This document shows, piece by piece, positions 1 to 8,549 of a stretch of DNA of 35,042 nucleotides. The position numbers and the translations under genes were made by a program. A model generated the notes under the pieces. The model saw only the letters and a list, made by a program, of their open reading frames with translations. It was not told the DNA's origin and made no database searches. The stretch is from Patescibacteria group bacterium. GTDB taxonomy: Bacteria > Patescibacteriota > Saccharimonadia > Saccharimonadales > CAIOMD01. The stretch covers positions 1-35,042 of the forward strand of contig JAUPVN010000072.1 of the NCBI GenBank assembly GCA_030917025.1, given 5' to 3'. The stretch's first letter is position 1, and every line of letters starts with the position of its first letter.

Positions 1-167
1 GCGTTTAGTATTAGGCCGTATTCTGACCAATTGCGGCTACTGTATGCGCTTGGATCGCTAATATTAAATGTATCTAGGTCTACACATTCTGCATTTGGGA
101 ATAATTTTTGTAAGGCAAGCCCAAGTTGGCCATTTGCGCCGGTAATTAGCACTTTTTTATTGTTCAT
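1..167 (-). CDS. rmlD: dTDP-4-dehydrorhamnose reductase, N-terminal part (gene runs off the window's left edge)
   Basis: Hand translation of the minus strand from ATG at 167 gives MNNKKVLITGANGQLGLALQKLFPNAECVDLDTFNISDP..., with a Rossmann TGxxGxxG motif typical of RmlD. It starts 2 nt after the rmlC stop codon, in the order rmlB-rmlC-rmlD. Confidence 0.72.
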   Translation of the reverse strand, partial: MNNKKVLITGANGQLGLALQKLFPNAECVDLDTFNISDPSAYSSRNWSEYGLILN

Positions 168-169
168 AA

Positions 170-742
170 TTATATCTCCATTGGTTTTACATCTTTTAGC
201 ATTGGGTGATTTTGGTCTCTGCTGTTTATTATGGATTTTTCTAACGGAATAGGCCAATTAATGCCAATTTTAGGATCTGACAAATTTACAAAACAATATT
301 TACTATAGTTGTCTGCGCTCCAGTGAGCGCTTACACTGTAAAGATAGTATGTGTCTGGCTCTTGGGTTTGAAAAGAGTTGGCTACGCCCCTTGGTAAAAA
401 AACTGCCGTATTGGGGGTGATTGTAAACGTTTCTACGTTACCAAAGCTACTGCCTTTTCGTAAGTCTACCCAAGCACCAAATACTTTGCCCTTTACTACG
501 GTTATGTACTTTTCCCATGGCTCGGCATGAAAGCCACGCGTAACGCCCGCCTCTTTGTTGTAAGATAAACTATTTTGCACAACATTAAATGAATTTGGCA
601 TGCCGGCCTCTACAAGTTTGGCTTTTTGATATTTTTCTTGAAAAAAGCCTCGTTCATCGTTAACTTGCGATACATCAAAAAATAATAATCCTGGTATAGA
701 TGTTTTGTGGCCTACGTATTGGGTTGTTGCTAAATTTGCCAT
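170..742 (-). CDS. rmlC: dTDP-4-dehydrorhamnose 3,5-epimerase (cupin fold)
   Basis: The 190-aa ORF contains DERGFF, RGFHAEPW and GVANSFQ segments typical of the RmlC family. It lies between rmlB and rmlD on the same strand. Confidence 0.85.
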   Translation of the reverse strand: MANLATTQYVGHKTSIPGLLFFDVSQVNDERGFFQEKYQKAKLVEAGMPNSFNVVQNSLSYNKEAGVTRGFHAEPWEKYITVVKGKVFGAWVDLRKGSSFGNVETFTITPNTAVFLPRGVANSFQTQEPDTYYLYSVSAHWSADNYSKYCFVNLSDPKIGINWPIPLEKSIINSRDQNHPMLKDVKPMEI

Positions 743-746
743 ATAC

Positions 747-1757
<1,011 letters not shown>

Positions 1758-1790
1758 CTATGATTTTGCTATGAGTGGTATTATAGATAA

Positions 1791-2828
1791 ATGATAACTG
1801 TAATTATTGCGGGCGGATCTGGCACTAGGCTGTGGCCCTTATCTACCCAAGATTACCCTAAACACTTGCTTAAACTTACAAATAGTAATAGTTTATTACA
1901 AAATACCGTAAGCCGTGTAGAGCGTTTAACCAAGAAAGATCATATTTTGGTTATAACAGAAGAAAGCCATGTTGAGCATGTTTATAAACAACTAGATAAT
2001 ATTGATAGAAAAAATATTTTGGTTGAACCGGGTAGAAGGGGCACGGCTAGTTGTGTATTAATGGGTTTAAGCCATATAAAAAAATCTGGGCTTCCCCAAG
2101 ACGAGCCAATAATATTTTTGTGGGCTGACCATTTAATAAGAGATAATGAAGGATTCACGGCCAGTGCTTTAAGAGCGGGTGAATTAAGTAAGGGCGAGAA
2201 TAAATTAGTTTTTATAGGCGTAAAACCAACCTATCCTGCAACAGGTTTTAATTATATCAAACAAGATGGCCCCGTTGATGGCTGGTTTCAGACTTTTCAT
2301 TTAGAAAAATTTACTGAAAAGCCCGATAAAAAAACCGCAGAGAAGTATGTTACTAGTGGCAGATATTTATGGAATTCTGGTTATTTAGTGGGGTCTTTAA
2401 GTGTATTTGAAAACGAGATGAAAAGATCTTCTCCCGATTTGTACCAAGATTATCTAAAAGTTTGTGATGATAAAGATTTTATTAATACATATCTTGGTCT
2501 AAAAAGCTTAACTATAGATGAAGCTCTTTCTGAGAAAGTGAAAGATGGTCTTGTTATGCCTGTGACTTTTGATTGGATGGATGTTGGCAGTTTTAGTGAT
2601 TTACACGCCGTGAGTACTACGGATGATTCTGGCAACCATGTTTGGGGTAATAATGTAGAATTAGACAGCACTACTAATAGCTATGTTAGAAATGAAGACA
2701 CAGAACCTGTGGCTGTTATTGGTTTAGATAATATTGTAGTGGTTAATACATCTAATGGTGTTTTGGTTGTTAATAAGAATTATGCTCAAAATGTGGGTGA
2801 GGTAGCAAAAAAAGTTCAATTAAAGTAA
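1791..2828 (+). CDS. NDP-sugar pyrophosphorylase, mannose-1-phosphate guanylyltransferase-like (no C-terminal isomerase/cupin domain)
   Basis: The N-terminus IIAGGSGTRLWPLS...YPKHLL is the ManC-type nucleotidyltransferase signature. The ORF is 345 aa and is followed 13 nt later by a phosphomannomutase-type gene. Confidence 0.8.
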   Translation: MITVIIAGGSGTRLWPLSTQDYPKHLLKLTNSNSLLQNTVSRVERLTKKDHILVITEESHVEHVYKQLDNIDRKNILVEPGRRGTASCVLMGLSHIKKSGLPQDEPIIFLWADHLIRDNEGFTASALRAGELSKGENKLVFIGVKPTYPATGFNYIKQDGPVDGWFQTFHLEKFTEKPDKKTAEKYVTSGRYLWNSGYLVGSLSVFENEMKRSSPDLYQDYLKVCDDKDFINTYLGLKSLTIDEALSEKVKDGLVMPVTFDWMDVGSFSDLHAVSTTDDSGNHVWGNNVELDSTTNSYVRNEDTEPVAVIGLDNIVVVNTSNGVLVVNKNYAQNVGEVAKKVQLK

Positions 2829-2841
2829 AAGGAGGCTATTT

Positions 2842-4194
2842 ATGGCTGATTTTCCGGCTCAAGTTTTTAAATCTTACGATATAAGAGGAAAAGTTGGTAG
2901 TGAACTTAATGAACAGTTGGTGCATGATATTGGCCGAGCTTTTGCTGATTTTTTGCCCACAGAAGGCCCAGTAGCCGTAGGCTACGATATGCGCCCCGAC
3001 AGTAAGGCTTACGCCACAGCTATAATTGCCGGCTTAACAGAGCAAGGACGAGATGTTTGGGATCTTGGTATGATTGCAACCGATATGATTTACTTTGCGG
3101 TAGGTAGCAATAAATTAGCTGGTGGGGCTGTAGTCACAGCTAGCCACAACCCAGGTGAATTTAACGGAATTAAATTATGCAGAGAAGATGCAATACCAGT
3201 AGGCGAATTTAGTGGTTTGTTTGGTATTAGAGATGCCGTAAAAGCACAATCTTTTAAAAACGTATCAAATACCGGTACGGTAGCAAATAAAGATATAGTT
3301 GAGGGCTGGATTGGCCATGTTCTAAGTTTTATAGATACAGCTAAATTAAAGCCCCTAAATATTGCAGTAGATGCCGGCAATGGTATGGCAGGAGAAATTT
3401 TTGCCGAGCTAGAGCCTTATGTACCCTGGCGTGTTAAAGAAATGTATTTTGAGCCAGACGGGACTTTTCCTAACCACGAGGCTAACCCAATGAAATCTGA
3501 AACTTTAGTAGATATAATTAAAGAAATTAAACAGAATAATCTAGATGGCGGAATTGCATTTGATGGCGATGGTGATAGGGCCTTTTTACTAGACGAGACT
3601 GGCAAAGTTATACCCGGTAGTGCTATGTCTGCGCTACTAGCTGATTATTTTGCTGGCTTAAATCCTGGTGCAACCATTATTTACGATGTTAGAAGCAGCA
3701 AATATGTGGCTGAGGTTATTACAGCTGCTGGTGGCAAGCCTTTTAGGACAAAGGTTGGGCATAGCAATATAAAACAAGCTATGCGCGAGCATAATGCACC
3801 ATACGGCGGAGAATCATCTGGACATTTTTATTTTAAAGAAAATTGGTTTGCAGATTCGGGTTTAATTGCGGCTGTTATTGGTTTGTATGTAGCAACCATT
3901 AATAATGTTAAATTATCTGATTTACGTAAAAAATATACCAAATATTTTGCTATAGAAGAAACTAATTTTGTGGTAGAAGATAAAGATGCAAAAATGGAAG
4001 AAATTGTTAATGCGTATCCGTTGGCTGTGTCTGTTGATAGGCTAGATGGAGTGACTTTAACTTTTAAAAACGGTTCATGGATGAATATAAGACCAAGTAA
4101 TACAGAATCTTTGCTAAGGCTTAATGTAGAGGCCGAATCTGAACAAGAACTTGATGCACTTGTGAGTGGTGTATCTGAATATTTTACCAAGTAA
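2842..4194 (+). CDS. Phosphomannomutase/phosphoglucomutase (alpha-D-phosphohexomutase)
   Basis: It has the active-site loop TASHNPGEFNG and the Mg-binding loop FDGDGDR, plus GESSGH. An AAGGAGG Shine-Dalgarno sequence lies just upstream (about 2829-2835). Confidence 0.9.
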   Translation: MADFPAQVFKSYDIRGKVGSELNEQLVHDIGRAFADFLPTEGPVAVGYDMRPDSKAYATAIIAGLTEQGRDVWDLGMIATDMIYFAVGSNKLAGGAVVTASHNPGEFNGIKLCREDAIPVGEFSGLFGIRDAVKAQSFKNVSNTGTVANKDIVEGWIGHVLSFIDTAKLKPLNIAVDAGNGMAGEIFAELEPYVPWRVKEMYFEPDGTFPNHEANPMKSETLVDIIKEIKQNNLDGGIAFDGDGDRAFLLDETGKVIPGSAMSALLADYFAGLNPGATIIYDVRSSKYVAEVITAAGGKPFRTKVGHSNIKQAMREHNAPYGGESSGHFYFKENWFADSGLIAAVIGLYVATINNVKLSDLRKKYTKYFAIEETNFVVEDKDAKMEEIVNAYPLAVSVDRLDGVTLTFKNGSWMNIRPSNTESLLRLNVEAESEQELDALVSGVSEYFTK

Positions 4195-4247
4195 ATTCTT
4201 TAGTTTTTAAAAAACAACTTTAATTGAGCTAATAAAGCGATATTTAG

Positions 4248-7070
4248 TTATTGCTTTGGGGGTGTTTTTAAGGGCAAAAATACGTTAAAGGTGCTGCCTT
4301 TATTTTGCTCTGAAACAAACCAAATGTTACCGCCGCTATAATTTACAATACTTTGTAGTATATATAGCCCCAAGCCGGTACCGTCTGTGTCTATAGTTTT
4401 GGCGTTTTCTGCCCTAAACATTTTAGAGAATATGTGCTTTTGTTGGTTAACCGGTATACCGTAGCCGTTATCTTTAACAGATATTAACACTCCATCTTGC
4501 GGTATTTTATAGCCATCTACAACGTTTTTGCCTGAAACACTACTAACATCTAACCTAATTGTGCCCTTGCTTGGAGTGTATTTTACAGCGTTTGAAAGCA
4601 GGTTTTGATATATCATTTCTAGGTATTTTTGGTCGAACTCTATGCTTGGTAAGTCTTTTGTAAAAGTTACTACAAGGTTTTGCTGTTTTTCTTTTATTTT
4701 TGGTGTTAGTTCATTAATGATTTGTTTAGAAATTTGTTCTAGGTTAAGTACCTGCGTTTTTAAGACAAAAGTGCCAAGTTCTAGGCGTGATACATTTAAT
4801 AGATCATCTACCAGTATAGACATTCTTTTGTTGGCTAGGTAGATTTCGTTTAAATATTGGGTTTGAGATTTGTTTAGTTTGCTTTTTTTATCGCTTAATA
4901 ATATTTCTGTATACCAATTTATAGATGAAAGAGGTGTGCGCAGCTGGTGAGAAGCCAAAGATACAAATTCTGATTTGGCTTGATCTATTTCTTGTTCTTT
5001 AGATATATCTCTAAAAGAACCATACATAATTTCTGGCTGGCCATTTGGCAACCAAGACATTATTTTGCCGTGGTCTTGAACCCATATCCATGTACCATTT
5101 TTATGTTTAAGCCGGTATTTTGCTTTATAAAAGCTAGAGGTATCTTTTATATGATTATTTAATGCATCTTGGTATACGGGCAAGTCATCTGGGTGTATTA
5201 GTTGCTGAATTTTACTAGAATTTACGGGCCCTAGTTCTGCAAGTGTGTAGCCAATAATATTCGCCCAACGTTCATTTATGGTAACTTTATTTGTAATTAT
5301 GTTTAATTCCCACGCCCCAAGATCTGTTCCTTGTATAATGTTTTCTATTTTTTGCTTAGATTTTTCTAATGACATTTCTGCCTCTACGATATCTGTAATG
5401 TTTTCTTCGCTTGCTAAGAAACCTATTATCTTTTTTTGTGAATTTTTAATTGGAGATATTCTGGCCTTAACATAATACACTTCACCCATTTTGTTTCTGT
5501 TGGCAAGTTGGGTATTAATTACATGGCCCTTTTGAGCGTTATCCCATAGGTTTTTGTAAAAATCGTAATCCATTAAACCACCCCAAAGGCGTGGAGATTG
5601 GCCAAGCATTTGGTTAATAGGATAGCCAGTGTTTTGAGCCGCAGCATTATTTGCAAATAAAACGGTGCCGTTAATATCTGTTATTACAATGTGGTTTGGG
5701 CTATCGCTAAAAGATTTAAGTAAAACGTCAAAAGCGCTAATGTTAGATTCTATTGTTTTTTTAGATGTTTGTGTTAATTTAGACATTGCAAAAAATATTA
5801 ACAAAACAACTATAGAATATAGGCTAAATATAATTGGCGAAACAATAGTTTGGCCAAAAATAGTATTAGAATCATTATTTGCAAAAAGTAAAAAGCTAAA
5901 GGCAATTAATATGTATATTAAGCTATTAATTGTGGCTAGTTTTCTGCTAAAGAATAAATACATTAAAGCAACTGGTATTAATAACCAAGGCTCTGCAACC
6001 GTGTTGTTTACATCGTAATATTGGTAGGCTAGCATGGTAACCGCTAGAGCGTTAATAGAAATAAAAACAAGCGCATAGTATTTTTTAGATACTAAATGAG
6101 TAAACAGTATTATTAGCTGAAGTAATAAGTAAAAAATAAGTACCAAGTTGTAATTTGTAGTTAAACTTATGTTTAATACAAAATTTTCTATAAATAATAC
6201 TAAAGAAACACCAAAAATACTAAGTATTAAAAAGTATTTAAAATATTGCATTTTAACTTTATCAAAAAAGTTAGCGCTAAATTGATCTATAGATATTTGC
6301 TTACTTTGCTTATTAAATTTTGATAAGTAGTTTGTTAAGTTAAGTATCTGTTTTTTGTCTGTATTGTTAGGATAAAATTGTTCAAAAACAAAGTTTTTGG
6401 AGCTGTAGCCAGTATCTAACAGAATATTATTTGCGTTTTGTACATAATTTTTTGGTCCGCTAATAAGAATTTTACTGTTTATATTTTTTGGTATGTGGCT
6501 ACTTTTTAATTGTTCGTGGTATACACTTACGGTAATATTTTTATTGTTTTGCTCTAGTTGCTTTAGCTCTTTAACGTAAAGAGTTTCTTTGTACCTTAGG
6601 TTGTAAATTATATAATAATGTTTGTTGGGGTCTGAGTTTTCTTTTAAGATACTTAAAAAGGGCGCTATACCAACCCCCCCCCCCGCTAACATTATTATAT
6701 TGTTATCTGTAAAATTAGATGTTACAAAAGTTGTGCCAAGAGGGCCATAAATTTTTACTTTGTCTCCGGCTTTAAGGCCCAGAAGTATATGTTTATAATG
6801 ACTTTTAGATTTTCTGAGTAGTATAGATATGCTTGTATTGTTTTTGGGGTTACTAATAATAGAAAAAGCTCTCCTATCTATTTCTGGAGAGCTTTTTAAC
6901 TGATTTAATGCTAACCATATGTATTGACCTGCCTTAAACTGCATAGGAGCATTAAGGCCAAATTCTATTTCGTAAGCATCATCACCTAAAGAAGTGATAT
7001 TTTTAAGAGTTGCAGTAAACTCTGTGTTTTTGGATTTATCAGCACAGCTGTTATATTTTTTTGGTTCCAA
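4248..7070 (-). CDS. Multidomain sensor histidine kinase: FNR-like flavin/NAD(P)-binding domain, about 6 TM helices, 2 PAS domains, HisKA, HATPase_c
   Basis: The N-terminal roughly 230 aa carry RAFSI (the RxYS-type FAD motif), GPLG, and LAGGGVGIAPF (the GGxGxxP NAD(P) motif). Six hydrophobic helices follow at about residues 285-460. Two PAS-like segments precede the H-box SHQLRTPL, and N/G-boxes (NAVKYT, DNGYGIP, GTGLGL) complete the kinase. The start is apparently TTG at 7070. Confidence 0.85.
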   Translation of the reverse strand: MEPKKYNSCADKSKNTEFTATLKNITSLGDDAYEIEFGLNAPMQFKAGQYIWLALNQLKSSPEIDRRAFSIISNPKNNTSISILLRKSKSHYKHILLGLKAGDKVKIYGPLGTTFVTSNFTDNNIIMLAGGGVGIAPFLSILKENSDPNKHYYIIYNLRYKETLYVKELKQLEQNNKNITVSVYHEQLKSSHIPKNINSKILISGPKNYVQNANNILLDTGYSSKNFVFEQFYPNNTDKKQILNLTNYLSKFNKQSKQISIDQFSANFFDKVKMQYFKYFLILSIFGVSLVLFIENFVLNISLTTNYNLVLIFYLLLQLIILFTHLVSKKYYALVFISINALAVTMLAYQYYDVNNTVAEPWLLIPVALMYLFFSRKLATINSLIYILIAFSFLLFANNDSNTIFGQTIVSPIIFSLYSIVVLLIFFAMSKLTQTSKKTIESNISAFDVLLKSFSDSPNHIVITDINGTVLFANNAAAQNTGYPINQMLGQSPRLWGGLMDYDFYKNLWDNAQKGHVINTQLANRNKMGEVYYVKARISPIKNSQKKIIGFLASEENITDIVEAEMSLEKSKQKIENIIQGTDLGAWELNIITNKVTINERWANIIGYTLAELGPVNSSKIQQLIHPDDLPVYQDALNNHIKDTSSFYKAKYRLKHKNGTWIWVQDHGKIMSWLPNGQPEIMYGSFRDISKEQEIDQAKSEFVSLASHQLRTPLSSINWYTEILLSDKKSKLNKSQTQYLNEIYLANKRMSILVDDLLNVSRLELGTFVLKTQVLNLEQISKQIINELTPKIKEKQQNLVVTFTKDLPSIEFDQKYLEMIYQNLLSNAVKYTPSKGTIRLDVSSVSGKNVVDGYKIPQDGVLISVKDNGYGIPVNQQKHIFSKMFRAENAKTIDTDGTGLGLYILQSIVNYSGGNIWFVSEQNKGSTFNVFLPLKTPPKQ
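6674..6684. repeat. 11-nt C homopolymer on the plus strand (G11 on the coding strand) inside the kinase ORF
   Basis: Counted directly: caaCCCCCCCCCCCgct. On the minus strand it reads GCG GGG GGG GGG GTT GGT, encoding A-G-G-G-V-G. Confidence 0.95.
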
Positions 7071-7129
7071 ACGATGCTCTTTTGCTTTTTGATTAGTATT
7101 TTATTATGGTAAGTATATTTTTTAAATTA

Positions 7130-7594
7130 TTATCTAGTTACGGTAATTGTTTCGCCGTTTTCTGCATCTGGGGCTGCTACGGTTATTCTATTATTGGCAC
7201 TTCTAGAAATTGTATAACCTGCGCCATTAGCAGATGAACCTGTTGGATCTACTGGTATGGATGTTAAGTAGGTTTCATTTGTTGTAAGAACGCTAAGATC
7301 TACTAAGCCTGTGCATGTGGCACCAGTTTTACATATTTCTCCTGGGGTGCCTGCTGTAAGTGCAGAAACGCTAGCAGGTAATGTTCCGTTATTATCTATA
7401 GAATATTGATAAACCGCATTTAGAATTGTTGTAACATCGCTTGAGCGTTGTGCATTTTTACTTTCTGATAGCTGCTTACTTGGGTTAATGGCAAAAATAA
7501 CTATTCCTGCCAAAATTGCAATTATAGCAATTACTAGTAGTATTTCTATTAGCGTAAAGCCAGAATTCTTTTTAGTTAATTTTTTTATAATCAT
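7130..7594 (-). CDS. pilA: Type IV major pilin (prepilin with class III signal peptide)
   Basis: The sequence MIIKKLTKKNSG|FTLIEILLVIAIIAILAGIV has the canonical G|FTLIE cleavage/methylation motif with Glu+5. The ORF is 154 aa and has a C-terminal Cys pair (CKTGATC) typical of the pilin D-region. An AGGAGA Shine-Dalgarno lies upstream. It is the last pilin gene in the operon and is preceded by a 65-nt gap. Confidence 0.8.
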   Translation of the reverse strand: MIIKKLTKKNSGFTLIEILLVIAIIAILAGIVIFAINPSKQLSESKNAQRSSDVTTILNAVYQYSIDNNGTLPASVSALTAGTPGEICKTGATCTGLVDLSVLTTNETYLTSIPVDPTGSSANGAGYTISRSANNRITVAAPDAENGETITVTR

Positions 7595-7659
7595 TTTGTC
7601 TCCTATTTTATATAATGGTTATGCTTATAGATTACTCTAAAATATACATAATATGCAAA

Positions 7660-8049
7660 TTAAAAACTATTTACTTGCTGCCAATTGGTTATAAGTATTT
7701 GGGGGCTAAGCTGACCAATGTTTATTTGGAGTCTTTTTGTGGTATTGTTTACGGTTGCCCAAACTTGGACTGTTCTTGTTTGCCCAGAGTTATCTACTAT
7801 AGTATATGAGCAGTTTTGGCCATTGATAGTTGTATTAAAATTTCCGGTTAGGGCATTGTTAGCTTTAATTTCTGCTAAAGACGTTTCTGCACAGCTATCT
7901 ACCAGGGCCTTAGCCTTAGCAGAATCACTAAAATTGCCACTAATTTGCAGGCTTTCTGTACCTTTTAAAATAAGTGAGCTAGCTACCGATGCACTAACTG
8001 CTGCAATTATTAAGACCGTTATTAAAAGTACTGCTCCTTGTTGTTTCAT
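7660..8049 (-). CDS. PilX/ComGG-like pilus-associated protein (hydrophobic N-terminus, no G|FTLIE motif)
   Basis: The N-terminus MKQQGAVLLITVLIIAAVSASVASS is a single hydrophobic segment. The ORF is 129 aa and overlaps the upstream minor pilin gene by 4 nt. Its position and size match PilX_N/ComGG-type components. Confidence 0.5.
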   Translation of the reverse strand: MKQQGAVLLITVLIIAAVSASVASSLILKGTESLQISGNFSDSAKAKALVDSCAETSLAEIKANNALTGNFNTTINGQNCSYTIVDNSGQTRTVQVWATVNNTTKRLQINIGQLSPQILITNWQQVNSF

Positions 8050-8546
8050 AATCTTAAGCTACTCCCACCGTAAAATGTTTTAGAATAATTATAAGATTGC
8101 TTGTTTGAACTATTAATGTAATTTAAGGTAAAAGAATAAGAAATATTGCCAGTTGTGTTTGGCCGGCTTAGGTTTGCAAATTCTAAGTTATTTATTTGTA
8201 TTTTATTATTGTGCATTGGTTGTGGTGAATTTGCCCCCCGAGTTAAATATAGGGTATTTGAGCTTACATTATAAATTGTGGGGTTTAGCGTAGGGTTTAT
8301 ATTTTGTAAGCTTAGGCTGGGCCCAACGTTACCCTGTGTTGGTGAATTGATTGCAGAAGATGATTGGATGCTTTTGTTGATGTTGTCTATAATTATTTCG
8401 CCCTGCTGGTTAACTTCGTTAATAACTTGGTTTTTTATTTGAGATTGAGTTACAAAATAAAATAAACCTATGGCAGAAGCCAAAATAAAGGGTACTATGG
8501 CAATGTATAGTAAAGTTTCTATGAGTGTAAAGCCTTTGTTGTTCAT
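8046..8546 (-). CDS. Minor (pseudo)pilin with prepilin-type N-terminal cleavage/methylation domain
   Basis: The N-terminus is MNNKG|FTLIETLLYIAIVPF. The ORF is 166 aa and lies within the pilus operon. Confidence 0.75.
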   Translation of the reverse strand: MNNKGFTLIETLLYIAIVPFILASAIGLFYFVTQSQIKNQVINEVNQQGEIIIDNINKSIQSSSAINSPTQGNVGPSLSLQNINPTLNPTIYNVSSNTLYLTRGANSPQPMHNNKIQINNLEFANLSRPNTTGNISYSFTLNYINSSNKQSYNYSKTFYGGSSLRL

Positions 8547-8549
8547 AAT

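Noticed and set aside
4642-6018. Several 60-117 aa plus-strand ORFs inside the histidine kinase gene (4642-4842, 4980-5162, 5278-5475, 5665-6018). Similar antisense ORFs occur inside pilB, the PGT, the Wzy-like gene and others.
   Set aside because: They are antisense to long, motif-rich genes. Their composition (Phe/Ile/Leu/Lys-rich) is what AT-rich antisense frames give. No Shine-Dalgarno sequences or motifs were found.
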